In this document: in pieces, positions 31,910 through 45,223 of the stretch
Layout of the letters: every line of letters begins with the position of its first letter
Numbering within the stretch: position 1 is the stretch's first letter
Source of the DNA: Scyliorhinus canicula
Lineage: Eukaryota
Reading direction: 5' to 3'
NCBI RefSeq assembly: GCF_902713615.1
Contig: NC_052149.1
Location: 125,801,256-125,865,255, forward strand
DNA length: 64,000 nucleotides
The notes under the pieces: generated by a model
What the model was told of the DNA's origin: nothing
Databases searched by the model: none
The model's input: the letters and a program-made list of their open reading frames with translations, nothing else
Made by a program: the position numbers and the translations under genes

Positions 31910-34900
31910 AATAGTGGTGTCAGACTGTGCCGCGCACTGGGTAGAGCTGCAAGTGAGCAAAGGAAAGACCCAGCGGCCGCAATGGAGGTTAGATGTGGGG
32001 CTGTTAGCGGAGGAGGAGGTGTGCGAGCAGGTGAGGGAGGCCATTCGGGGATACATAAGGATCAATGATAGGGGTGAGGTCTCGGCAGGGGTGGTTTGCG
32101 AGGCACTGAAGGCGTTTATTAGGGGGGGGGATTCATCTCGATTCGGGCCATAAGGAGAAGGCTGAGCAGGTGGAGCTGGACAGGCTGGTAGGCAAAATTT
32201 TACAGGTGGACAGGAGGTATGCGGAGTCTCCGGATGACAGGCTTCTGAAGGAACGTCAGAGACTGCAGCTGGAATTTGGGCTCCTGTCCACAGGTAAGGC
32301 GGAGGGACAGCTGAGGAGGGTGTATGAATATGGGGAAAAACCAGCAGGATGCTGGCCCACCAGCTAAGGTAACAGGAGGCGGCGAGAGACATTGGGAAAG
32401 AAAGGGATACAGGGCGGAAGTTGGTTGTGGATCCGGCGGGGGTGAATGATGCATGTCGGGAATTTTACAGTAAATTGTATAAATCGGAACCCCCCAGCCG
32501 GGGAGTAGGGTATGAAGCGATTCCTGGGGGGACTGGAGTTACTGAGGATAGATGAGGAGTTGGTGGAGGATTTGGGAGCCCCAATTTCCCTTATTCTGAA
32601 GCAGGATAAGGATCCAGAGAGTTGTGAGTCGTAAAGGCCGTTCTCCCTTCTGAATGTGGATGCGAAATTGCTGGCAAAGATCTTGGCCATGTGCTTAGAG
32701 GATTGTGTTCCGGGGGTAATAGGGGAGGACCAGGCGGGATTTGTGAAGGGACGTTACCTGACGTCCAACATTAGACGGCTCCTAAACGTGATAATGATGC
32801 CAGCGGAGGGGCGCGAGGTCAAGGTGGTGGTGGCCATGGATGCAGAAAAGGTCTTTGATCGGGTGGAGGGTAGGTGCCTGGGGGATGTCCTGGGAAGGTT
32901 TGGGTTCAGGAAGGGATTTGTGGACTGGACCCAGTTGCTATATCAGGCATCGGTGGCGGATGTAAGGACCGACTGGGGTCAGCTTCATAAGTTAAATTTG
33001 GGCAGTGTGATTGAACAAATGAATGGTGACTTCCGCAGGTGGGACGTGCTCCCGCTGACATTGGCGGCGAGGGTACAGACTGTATAGATGACAGTCCTCC
33101 CAAAATTGCTGTTTGTGTTTCAGTGTCTTCCAATCTTCATTCCTAAGGCAATTTTTAGGAAGGTGAATGTGGCGATCTCGGGTTTTATATGGGCAGGGAA
33201 AGCCCCGAGGGTGAAGTGGGGGGTGGGGGGGTGTGGGGGGGGGGGGGGGAGGGGCTTGGCCCTTCCGAACTTTATTAATTACTACTGGGCGGCTAATATA
33301 TCGATGGTTAGGAAGTGACGTCGTGGGGAAGGGCGAGTAGAGACGGCACCTTGTAAGGGCACGAGTCTGGAGGCTCTGTTAACGGTACGTCTGCCATTCT
33401 CGCTGGCTCGGTACTCCACAAGCCCAGTGGTGGTGGCAGCCCTGAGGGTGTGGGGGCAATGGAGGCAGCACATGAGACTGGAGGGGGCGTTGGTGTGGTC
33501 ACTGATCTGTGATAATCACCGGTTTGCTCCGGGACGCTGGACAGGGGCTTTGGGAGGTGGAAGCGGGCAGGGATTGAGAGATTTGGGGATCTCTTCATTG
33601 AGGAGGGTTTCCCGAGCCTGGAGGAGCTAGAGGAGGAGTTTGAGTCGCCGGGTGGGAACGGACTTCGGTACCTGGAGGTATGGGACTTTGTCCAGAGTCA
33701 GGTTCCAAGCTTCCCTCGCCTCCCTCTAAGGGGACTACAGGATAAGTGACGTCTAGAACAAGGGTTGGGGAGGGGAGGGTCTCGGACATATGGGAATTGA
33801 TGGAGTGTGAAGGGGTCCCAATCGGGGAGGTGAAGAGGAAGTGGGAGGAAGAGCTGGGAGGGGAGTTGGAGTTGGGAGGGGAGTTGGAGTTGGGTTATAT
33901 GAGAAGGCCCTGAGGAGAGTCAATGTATCCTCATTGTGTGCCAGGCTTAGCCTGATCCAGTTCAAAGTGGTCCACAGGCTGATATGACTGTGGCCCTGAT
34001 GAGTAGGTTTTTAGCGGAGGTGGAGGATAGATGTGGGCGGTACGGGGGAAGCCCTGCGAATCATGTACATATGTGCCCGAGGCTGAGGGGATTTTGGCAG
34101 GGATTCATGGATGTCATGTCAGAGGTCCTGGAAGGGAGGGTGACTCCGAGTCCAGAGGTGGCAATAATTGGAGTGTCAGATGATGCGGGAGCCCAGGGTG
34201 GGAGAGAGGCCGATATTTTGGTCTTTGCCTCCCTGGTGGCCCGGAGATGGATTTTGCTGGGATGGAGGGACTCTGAGCCTCCGAAGTCGGGGTGTGGGTC
34301 AGTGACATAGCGGGGTTTCTCAGGCTGGAGAAGAATAAGTTCACCTTAAGGGGTTCAGTACAGGAATTCGCTTGGAGGTGGCAGCCGTTCATTGACTTCT
34401 TCAAGGAAAACTGACCATCAGCAGGGGGGCGGGGGGGGGGGGGGGGGGGGGGGGGGGTGGGGGGGGAGGAGGGGAGGGGGGAAAAGAGGAAGCATGGCAG
34501 TAAAGAATAAGGGCAGGGAATCTAATATATGGGTAGTTAGGAGTTAGGGCGGGGGAGGGGGGGAGAGCGGGGTATGTGACTGTGAGGTTTTTGCATGTGT
34601 CGGACCGCTCTGTTGTTTAGAATGTTAAAACGTTAAAATTATAAATGCCTCAATAAAATGTTTCCTAAAATAAAAGACCTACCAAAATGCATTACCTCAC
34701 ATTTGTCCAGATTAAACTCCATTTGCCATTTCTCTGCCCAAGTCTACAACATATCTATGTCCTGCTATATCGTCTGACAATCCTCAACACTATCTGCCAC
34801 TCCACCAACCTTGGTGATATCCTGCTGACCTCGTCATTAAATGTAACCAGATTAGTTAAATATATCTGACCCTTTTTAAATCCATGCTGACTCTCTCGGA

Positions 34901-35635
34901 TCAATTCATATTTCTCACTCATTTTGTGTCTAATCACAGATTCCAGTCACTTCCCCATAACAGACACTAAACTGAGATGTTAGTTGTGAATGACTTTATC
35001 AAACAGCTAGCACAGACCCGAGGGGCAGAATGGCCTCCTCCTGTACTGTAGGCTTGTCTGGCTCCTTGACTGAAAGATATGGATAGGAAGAGGAGGTGGG
35101 CTGGAGCTTAAACAATGAGATGAATGTGGACGGAGTGTCATTAGTGGATAATGGACAATGGACATTGTGTACATGAGCTTCTTGAAAAGATGTCTTTCTC
35201 TGTTTCCCTTTCCAGCTCCAGGGCTCTCATTAAGGAGCTGAAAGAATATTTAGTGAAGAAGTTTCCGGACTGTGCGGGCTGTGTGAAGGGTTTGGGCAGT
35301 AACTGATGATTGCAGCTCGTTGTTCTGTCTGTTCCTCCCTCCCCACTGATCAAGCCGTTAACCTCCTGTCACAGTGAGTGAAATGAGAATGGATATCATA
35401 GCGTCAGTCACAGAAAACAACAGCCTCACTGTCTGAGACACTGGGACACACATCACTGCCTAACCTCAAAGAACAGAGCACTCATCCCCTCCCACCATGC
35501 TGAGAAACCATACAGCATGGAAAATATACTGACAAACACCACCTCACACCCAGAGAACAGCTTCAGAGTAAAAGGAGAGAGAGGGGGAGAGAGATAGAGA
35601 GAGAGTGAGAGAGGGGAGAGAGAGTGGGAGAGAGA

Positions 35636-36328
35636 TGTGTTGATATGCATCATTGTAAATACACAAGGGGTTAATGTGAACACACTACACCTAGCTAGAC
35701 ACTAGAGGGAGCACCAGAGATATCATGACATGCAGACATACAGCCAATGGGACAGTGGATTAGGACATAACCAATGGCTGGCCAAGTGGTTCTCCCGTGC
35801 CAATCGGGCCTCTAGATGCCCCAAACGGGTATCTGGCACCCGTTTCACGAATGCAGCGACCAGGTGTGGTTGCTGCCGTGGTGAAACGGGCGTGAAGGGC
35901 CGGCCGCTCGGCCCATCGGGCTCGGAGAATCACCGTTCGCCGTGAAAATGATTTTTCCGAGCCGGGGGGTGGGGGGTGGAGAATCGCTGGGGCGCCAGGG
36001 GGGCGTAAAAAATGTCGGGAAGCCCTCCCACGATTCTCCCACGCCGCGTGGGGAGCGGAGAATTCCGCCCATCATCTTTCTCTTTCCACTGGACACTTAG
36101 TGAGTACAGACAGGGTTGATTCAACACATCACACCCACATGTGGATTGTAGCAGACTGGTTAGTTAGTCTGAGTAGCTATAGAGAGATTGACCAGAGAGT
36201 CGAAACCAAGTAGAAGAACTGTCCACAGTTTACTAAATGTGTTAAAGCTATCTCCAAGTCTGAACCTTCCTTTGTCAGAGTGTAGATCAAGGAAGCAGCT
36301 TATGCTACATCAAGAGCATAACAAAACA
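35636..36328 (+). mobile_element. Solo LTR (agaga flanks) carrying a TIR-element fragment at about 35778-36072
   Basis: tgtgttgatatgcat...gctacatcaagagcataacaaaaca; inverted homologue at 37016-37426; insert ends ggagaattccgccc. Confidence 0.8.
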
Positions 36329-37015
36329 AGAGAGAGTGAGAGATAGATAGATAGAGAGAGAGAGATAAAGAAAGTGAGGGAGAGAGAGAGAGAGAGAGAG
36401 CGAGATGGATTGAGGTAGAGAGAGTGCAAGTGAGAGAGAGAAAGGGGAGAGAGATTGAGAGAGTGAGAGAGGGAGTGACATAGTGAAAGAACAGTGAGAG
36501 GGAGAGAGAGCGAGAGGGATTGACGTAGTGAGAGAGGGAGCGTGAGAGAGAGAGAGAGCCAGAGAGAGAGAGAAAGGGAGAGCGAGAGTGAGAGAGGGAG
36601 CGAAAGAGAGTGAGGGAGAGAGTCAGAGTGAGAGAGAGAGTGAGAAAGGGGTATAGAAAGGGAGTGAGCGGGAGAGAGAGGCAAAGAGAATGTGAGTGAT
36701 TGAGGTGGAGTGAGAGAGAGGGAGAATGAGAGAGAGAGAAAGGGACAGAGTGAGAGCGAGTAATAGGGAGAGGGAGAGAGATGGAGTGAGAGAGAGATAT
36801 ATAGAGAGAAATGTTCATATAGAGAGATCAGAAGGAGAGAGGGGGAGGGAGGCAGAGAGAGTGAGATTAACATCGAGGGGGAGAAAGAGATTGAGATCGA
36901 GGGGAGAGCGAGAGAGAGAGAAGAGACCGTGTTAGAGAGAAAGAGCGAGAAAAAGAGAGAGATTGAGTTAGAAAGAGAGAGGGAGATTAAGGAAGGTTAA
37001 AGAGATAGAAGGAGG
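36329..37015. repeat. AG-rich low-complexity tract (also 35575-35635 and 37427-37560)
   Basis: Degenerate (GA)n. Confidence 0.9.
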
Positions 37016-37426
37016 TGTTTTGTTATACTTCCTGATGTAGCATAAGCTGCTTCCTTGATCTAAACTCTGACAAAGGGAGGTTCAGACTTGGAGATAGCTT
37101 TAACACATTTATTAAACTGTTAACAATTCTCCTACTTGAGTTCGACTCTCCTGCCAATCTCTCTCTATAGCTACTCAGACTAACTAACCAGTCTGCTACA
37201 ATCCACGTGTGGGTGTGATGCTTTTGATAGCCCCTGTCTGTACTTACTAAGTGTTGCCAGTGGAAAGAGACAGAGCATGTGTGCTCTGTCCTTTTATATG
37301 GTGATGTGTAATACCCCCCTGTGGTAGTCTCACCTCGTGGTGTCCTGCCAAGCCATTGGTCGTGTCCTGTCTTACTGTCCTATTGGTTGTATGTCTTGTA
37401 CATTTACAGTGATGCATATCACCACA
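37016..37426 (-). mobile_element. Solo LTR of the same family, opposite orientation, TSD ggagg
   Basis: tgttttgttatac...gatgcatatcaccaca; ggagg at 37011-37015 and 37427-37431. Confidence 0.85.
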
Positions 37427-37571
37427 GGAGGTAGAAAGAGAGATTGGGAGGTAGAGAGAGGAAGATAGAGAGAGGGAGGAGGAGAGAGGGAGAGGATGGT
37501 AGGGCGAGGGAGAGAGGGGTAATGGGATAGGGAGGTAGAGAGAGAAAGAGATAGAAATAGAGGGTACCTGC

Positions 37572-40500
37572 GTACACAGGTACATCACACTTCACAATCC
37601 AGTCTGTGTACACAGGTACATCACACTTCACAATCCAGTCTGTGTACACAGGTACATCACACTTCACAATCCAGTCTGTGTTCACAGGTACATCACACAT
37701 CACAATCCAGTCTGTGTACACAGGTACATCGCACTTCAAAATCCATTCTGTGTGCACAGGTACATCACACTTCACAATCCAGTCTGTGTACACAGGTACG
37801 TCACACTTCACAATCCAGACTGTGTACACAGGTACATCACACTTCACAATCCAGTCTGTGTACACAGGGACATCGCACTTCACAATCCAGTCTGTGTACA
37901 CAGGTACATCACACTTCACAATCCAGTCTGTGTTCACAGGTACATCACACTTCACAATCCAGTCTGTGTACACAGGGACATCGCACTTCACAATCCAGTC
38001 TGTGTACACAGATACATCACACTTCACAATCCAGTCTGTGTACACAGGTACGTAACACTTCACAATCCAGTCTGTGTACACAGGTACATCACACTTCACA
38101 ATCCAGTCTGTGTACACAGGTACATCACACTTCACAATCCAGTCTGTGTACACAGGTACATCACACTTCACAATCCAGTCTGTGTACACAGGTACATCAC
38201 ACTTCACAATCCAGTCTGTGTACACAGGTACATCACACTTCACATTCCAGTCTGTGTACACAGGTACATCACACTTCACAATCCAGTCTGTGTACACAGG
38301 TACATCACACTTCACAATCCAGTCTGTGTACACAGGTACATCACACTTCACAATCCAGTCTGTGTACACAGGTACATCACACTTCACAATCCAGTCTGTG
38401 TTCACAGGTACATCACACATCACAATCCAGTCTGTGTACACAGGTACATCGCACTTCAAAATCCATTCTGTGTGCACAGGTACATCACACTTCACAATCC
38501 AGTCTGTGTACACAGGTACGTCACACTTCACAATCCAGACTGTGTACACAGGTACATCACACATCACAATACAGTCTGTGTTCACAGGTACATCACACTT
38601 CACAATCCAGTCTCTGTACACAGGGACATCGCACTTCACAATCCAGTCTGTGTACACAGGTACATCACACTTCACAATCCAGTCTGTGTACACAGGTACG
38701 TAACACTTCACAATCCAGTCTGTGTACACAGGTACATCACACTTCACAATCCAGTCTGTGTACACAGGTACATCACACTTCACAATCCAGTCTGTGTACA
38801 CAGGTACATCACACTTCACAATCCAGTCTGTGTACACAGGTACATCACACTTCACAATCCAGTCTGTGTACACAGGTACATCACACTTCACTTTCCAGTC
38901 TGTGTACACAGGTACATCACACTTCACAATCCAGTCTGTGTACACAGGTACATCACACTTCACAATCCAGTCTGTGTACACAGATACATCACACTTCACA
39001 ATCCAGTCTGTGTACACAGGTATATCACACTTCACAATCCAGTCTGTGTTCACAGGTACATCACACTTCACAATCCAGTCTGTGTACACAGGTACATCAC
39101 ACTTCACAATCCAGTCTGTGTACACAGGTATATCACACTTCACAATCCAGTCTGTGTTCACAGGTACATCACACTTCACAATCCAGTCTGTGTACACAGG
39201 TACATCAAACTTCACATTCCAGTCTGTGGACACAGGTACATCACACTTCACAATCCAGTCTGTGTACACAGGTACATCACACTTCACAATCCAGTCTGTG
39301 TACACAGGGACATCGCACTTCACAATCCAGTCTGTGTACAGAGGTACATCACACTTCACAATCCAGTCTGTGTACACAGGTACATCACACTTCACAATCC
39401 AGTCTGTGTACACAGGTACATCACACTTCACAATCCAGTCTGTGTACACAGGTACATCATACTTCACAATCCAGTCTTTGTACACAGATACATCATACTT
39501 CACAATCCAGTCTGTGTACACAGGTACATCACACGTCACAATCCAGTCTGTATACACAGGTCCATCACACTTCACAATCCAGTCTGTGTACACAGGTACA
39601 ACACACTTCACAATCCAGTCTGTGTACACAGGTACATCACACTTCACAATCCAGTCTGTGTACACAGGTACATCACACTTTGCAATCCAGTCCGCGTTCA
39701 CAGGTACATCACACTTCACAATCCAGTGTGTGTACACAGATACATCAGACTTCACAATCCAGTCTGTGTATACTGGTACATCACACTTCACAATCCAGCC
39801 TGTGTACACAGGTACATCACACTTCACAATCCAGTCTGTGTACACAGGTACATCACACTTCACAATCCAGTCTGTGTACACAGGTACATCACACTTCACA
39901 ATCCAGTCTGTGTACACAGGTACATGACACTTCACAATCCAGTCTGTGTGCACAGGTACATCACACTTCACAATCCAGTCTGTGTATACAGGTATATCAC
40001 ACTTCACAATCTAGTCTGTGTACACAGGTACATCACACTTCACAATCCAGTCTGTGTACACAGGTACATCACACTTCACAATCCATTCTGTGTACACAGG
40101 GACATCACACGTCACAATCCAGTCTGTGTACACAGGTACATCATACTTCACAATCCAGGCTGTGTAAACAGGTACATCACACTTCACAATCCAGTCAGTG
40201 TACACAGGTACATCACACTTCACAATCCAGTCAGTGTACACAGGCAAATCACACTTCACAATCCAGTCTGTGTACACAGGTACATCATACTTCACAATCC
40301 AGTCTGTGTACACAGGTACATCACACTTCACAATCCATTCTGTGTACACAGGGACATCACACGTCACAATCCAGTCTGTGTACACAGGTACATCACACTT
40401 CACAATCCAGTCTGTGTACACAGGGACATCGCACTTCACAATCCAGTCTGTGTACAGAGGTACATCACACTTCACAATCCAGTCTGTGTACACAGGTACA

Positions 40501-42896
40501 TCACACTTCACAATCCAGTCTGTGTACACAGGTACATCACACTTCACAATCCAGTCTGTGTACACAGGTACATCACACTTCACAATTCAGTCTGTGTACA
40601 CAGGTACATCACACTTCACAATCCAGTCTGTGTACACTGGAACATCACACTTCACAATTCAGTCTGTGTACACAGGTACATCACACTTCACAATCCAGTC
40701 TGTGTACACAGGTATATGACACTTCACAATCCATTCTGTGTGCACAGGTACATCACACTTCACAATCCAGTCTGTGTATACAGGTACATCACACTTCACA
40801 ATCTAGTCTGTGTACACAGGTACATCACACTTCACAATCCAGTCTGTGTACACAGGTACATCACACTTCACAATCCATTCTGTGTACACAGGGACATCAC
40901 ACGTCACAATCCAGTCTGTGTACACAGGTACATCATACTTCACAATCCAGTCTGTGTAAACAGGTACATCACACTTCACAATCCAGTCAGTGTACACAGG
41001 TACATCACACTTCACAATCCAGTCAGTGTACACAGGCAAATCACACTTCACAATCCAGTCTGTGTACACAGGTACATCACACTTCACAATCCATTCTGTG
41101 TACACAGGGACATCACACGTCACAATCCAGTCTGTGTACACAGGTACATCACACTTCACAATCCAGTCTGTGTACACAGGTACATCACACTTCACAATCC
41201 AGTCTGTGTACACAGGTACATCATACTTCACAATCCAGTCTGTGTACACAGGTACATCACACTTCACAATCCATTCTGTGTACACAGGGACATCACACGT
41301 CACAATCCAGTCTGTGTACACAGGTACATCACTCTTCACAATCCAGTCTGTGTACACAGGTACATCACACTTCACAATCCAGTCTGTGTACACAGGGACA
41401 TCGCACTTCACAATCCAGTCTGTGTACAGAGGTACATCACACTTCACAATCCAGTCTGTGTACACAGGTACATCACACTTCACAATCCAGTCTGTGTACA
41501 CAGGTACATCACACTTCACAATCCAGTCTGTGTACACAGGTACATCACACTTCACAATCCAGTCTGTGTACACAGGTACATCATACTTCACAATCCCGTC
41601 TTTGTACACAGATACATCACACTTCACAATCCAGTCTGTGTACACAGGTACATCATACTTCACAATCCAGTCTGTGTACACAGGTACATCACACGTCACA
41701 ATCCAGTCTGTATACACAGGTCCATCACACTTCACAATCCAGTCTGTGTACACAGGAACATCACACTTCACAATCCAGTCTGTGTACACAGGTACATCAC
41801 ACTTCACAATCCAGTCTGTGTACACAGGTACATCACACTTTGCAATCCAGTCCGCGTTCACAGGTACATCACACTTCACAATCCAGTGTGTGTACACAGA
41901 TACATCAGACTTCACAATCCAGTCTGTGTATACTGGTACATCACACTTCACAATCCAGCCTGTGTGCACAGGTACATCACACTTCACAATCCAGTCTGTG
42001 TACACAGGTACATCACACTTCACAATCCAGTCTGTGTACACAGGTACATCACACTTCACAATCCAGTCTGTGTACACAGGGACATCACACTTCACAATCC
42101 AGTCAGTGTACACAGACAAATCACACTTCACAATCCAGTCTGTGTACACAGGTACATCATACTTCACAATCCAGTCTGTGTACACAGGTACATCACACTT
42201 CACAATCCATTCTGTGTACACAGGTACATCACACTTCACAATCCAGTCTGTGTACACAGGTACATCACACTTCACAATCCAGTCTGTGTACACAGGTACA
42301 TCACACTTCACAATCCAGTCTGTGTACACAGGTACATCACACTTCACAATTCAGTCTGTGTACACAGGTACATCACACTTCACAATCCAGTCTGTGTACA
42401 CAGGGACATCACACGTCACAATCCAGTCTGTGTACACAGGTACATCATACTTCACAATCCAGTCTGTGTAAACAGGTACATCACACTTCACAATCCAGTC
42501 TGTGTACACAGGTACATCATACTTCACAATCCAGTCTGTGTAAACAGGTACATCACACTTCACAATCCAGTCTGTGTACACAGGTACATCACACTTCACA
42601 ATCCAGTCTGTGTGCACAGGTACATCATACTTCACAATCCAGTCTGTGTACACAGGTACATCACACTTCACAATCCAGCCTGTGTACACAGGTACATCAC
42701 ACTTCACAATCCAGTCTGTGTACACAGGTACATCACACTTCACAATCCAGTCTGTGTACACAGGTACATCACACTTCACAATCCAGTCTGTGTGCACAGG
42801 TACATCACACTTCACAATCCAGTCTGTGTACACAGGGACATCACACTTCACAATCCAGTCAGTGTACACAGGTACATCACACTTCACAATTCAGTC
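37572..42896. repeat. 36-bp satellite array, about 148 copies
   Basis: Unit gtctgtgtacacaggtacatcacacttcacaatcca, with few indels and recurring variant blocks. Confidence 0.98.
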
Positions 42897-43329
42897 TCTC
42901 TACATTGTTTCATTGTTCACTCACAAGTCTGATGCTACTTTGCCCTTTTTCGCGATGCTCCATATACATATTTCCATTGTGTCACAGTGCATGAAAGATA
43001 CGTAAATGTGACCTCAGTATAACCACATGGAGGCAGCAAAAGGCAGTTTATTCTTCCCAATCCATTCTGAATATCCTGTTACCTTGGTTACAGTGTCCCA
43101 TTAAGCTCCATGGTAACATTGTCCTCACAATAATTCCCTGTCTGGAACGGGTCTGTCCCGGCTGCTTCCTCTCTTCCTCCTCCTCCTGGGCTCATTGCTG
43201 AGTCAGTGATTGGAAGGGTTGAACCTTCATTATTGTCTGGATCTGGAGAATTCCGCATCCCTTCACAAATTGGGAATCCACTCTGGTCGACACTGGCAGG
43301 ATCAGTCAGAGTCAGCATGGATTTATGAA

Positions 43330-43529
43330 TGATGTGGAGATGCCGGCGTTGGACTGGGGTGAGCACAGTAAGAAGTCTTACAACACCAGGTTAAAGTCCA
43401 ACAGGTTTGTTTCGAATCACTAGCTTTCGGAGCACTGCTCCTTCACCTGAGGAAGGAGCAGTGCTCCGAAAGCTAGTGATTTGAAACAAACATGTTGGAC
43501 TTTAACCTGGTGTTGTAAGACTTCTTACT
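43330..43529. mobile_element. Penelope-type terminal-repeat palindrome with 11-bp flanking direct repeat
   Basis: About 80-bp inverted arms spanning 43366-43530; ggatttatgaa at 43319-43329 and 43530-43540 within the CR1. Confidence 0.75.
43443..43479 (+). ncRNA. Minimal type I hammerhead ribozyme motif
   Basis: TCAC-CTGAGGA-A-GGAGC(AGT)GCTCC-GAAA-GCT-A-GTGA: stem I 4 bp, CUGANGA, stem II, GAAA, palindromic AGCU stem III, UH site; predicted cut after 43475. Confidence 0.7.
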
Positions 43530-44765
43530 GGATTTATGAAGGGGAAATCATGCTTCACAAATCTGTTGGAATCCTTTGAAGAGGTAACCAGTACAGTCGA
43601 CAAGGGGGAGCCAGTTGATGTGGTATATTTGGACTCTCAGAAGGCTTTTGACAAAGTCCTGCATAAGAGATTATTGTGCAAAATTAAAGCGCATGGGATT
43701 GGGGGAAATGTATTGAGGTGGATAGAAAACTGGTTGGCGGAGAGGAAACAAAGAGTCGGGATTAATGGGTCCTTTTCAAATTGGCAGGCAGCAACTAGTG
43801 GGGTACCACAGGGATCGGTGCTGGGACCACAGCTATTCACAATATATATTAATGATTTGGATGAGGGAATAAAATGTAACATCTCAAAGTTTGCAGATGA
43901 TACCATGTTGGGTGGGAGGGTGAATTGTGACGAGGTTGCAGAGATCCTACAGCAAGATCTGGACAGGTTGGGCGAGTGGGCAAATCAATGGCAGCTGCAG
44001 TAGAATTTGGATAAGTGTGAGGTTATTCACTTTGGAAGCAAAAACAGGAAGGCAGATTACTACCCGAATGGCTGTAGATTGGGAGAGGGGAGTGTGCAGC
44101 GGGACCTGGGTGACCTTCTGCACCATTCGCTGAAGGTAAGCATGCAGGTGCAGCAGGTGGTAAAGAAGGCTAATGGTATGTTGGCCTTCATTGCAAGAGG
44201 TTTCGAGTACAGAAGCAGGGATGTGTTGCTGCAATTGTACAGGGCCTTGGTGAGGCCACACCTGGAGTATTGTGAGCAGTTTTGGTCTCCTTTTCTGATG
44301 AAGGATGTTCTTGGTGTCGAGGGAGTGCAGCGAAGGTTTACCAGACTGATTTCAGGGATGGTGGGACTGTCATATGAGGAGAGATAGATTAGGTTGGGAT
44401 TGTTCTCACTGGAGTTCAGAAGAACGAGGAGGGATCTCATAGAGACATATAAAATTGTAACAGAACTAGACAGGGTAGATGTTCCCAATGATGGGTGTGT
44501 CCAGAACCAGGGGTCACAGTCTGAGGATTCAGGGTAAACCATTTCGGACAGAGATGAGGAGACATTTCTTCACACAAAGAATGGTGAGCCTGTGACATTC
44601 ATTACCGCAGGAATTAGTTGATGCTAAAACATGAATATATTCAAGAGGCGGTTAGATATAGCACTTGGGGAGAATGGGATCAAAGGCTCTGGGGAGAAAG
44701 CATTATTAGGCTATTGTGTTGGATGATCAACAATGATCGTGATAAATAGCGGAACAGGCTCGAGG

Positions 44766-45179
44766 TGTCTGTTTTATTACACTCCTGTATTATCTTGATA
44801 TACTACGGAGTGTAATATGTGTTACTCAAACCTTGGTTAATGATGAGGTCTCCTGAATCTCGATGAAGAAGACTCGAACTCGTCCAGGAGTAACTAAAGG
44901 TTTATTGAGTAACTATAACAATAATTGTGTGAATTTTTTACTTTAACATTGATACTAATGATAAGGTTAACAAGATCTAACTACAGTAACTATACGTAAC
45001 TCCACTAGCCATCTGAACTAGTCTGATACTGTCCTGGTCACAGTGCACCCAAGTGACAGAGAGAGACACACAATGTGGTTGCTTTTTATACCCCTGTTGG
45101 TTCGGCCCTCAAGTGATCATGTGGTGCTACTGATTATACATTAACCCCTTGTGTACATGCACATACAGAGATCACGACA
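44766..45179 (-). mobile_element. Solo LTR
   Basis: TG..CA ends; tataaaaa and aataaa on the minus strand; shares acacaaggggttaatgt with the 35636 LTR; splits a CR1 tail; no clean TSD. Confidence 0.7.
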
Positions 45180-45223
45180 GGGCCAAAAGGCCTCCTCCTG
45201 CTCCTATGTTCTATGTATCAATG

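Larger units (their letters stand above)
28438..34675 (+). mobile_element. Near full-length decayed L1-clade LINE with ~14-bp TSD
   Basis: ORF1 (LENRSRRQNIRIVGLPEG; stop at 28780); ORF2 pieces (GGDFNTVLDP, SRIDCF, LLNVDAKLLAKILA, DQAGFVKGR, DAEKVFDRVE); aataaa and A-rich end. gacttagcaaaatg at 28424-28437 versus gacctaccaaaatg at 34676-34689. Confidence 0.88.
27645..34960 (-). mobile_element. 5'-truncated CR1 split by the L1 insertion (27645-28437 and 34676-34960)
   Basis: RPHLEYCAQFW, ERVQKRFTRMLPG and CR1 tail at the left; KCEVMHF and ESQHGFKKGQ at the right. Confidence 0.8.
43300..44765 (+). mobile_element. Decayed 5'-truncated CR1 RT fragment (tail continues 45180-45220)
   Basis: QHGFMKGKSCFTNL, GVPQGSVLGP, KFADD, RPHLEYCEQFW, with stops. 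Confidence 0.85.

Noticed and set aside
37419-42994. Very long ORFs (1726, 1104, 862 aa) as real proteins
   Set aside because: They follow from a 36-bp unit lacking stops in four frames. There is no unique N- or C-terminus or splice context, and overlapping frames are equally open.
43088-43366. 92-aa minus-strand ORF
   Set aside because: Its start lies inside the Penelope and CR1 inserts; no recognisable domain or acceptor.
43410-43450. Second hammerhead on the minus strand of the palindrome
   Set aside because: Stem II, GAAA and stem III are mirrored, but the core reads CAGGTGA rather than CTGANGA.
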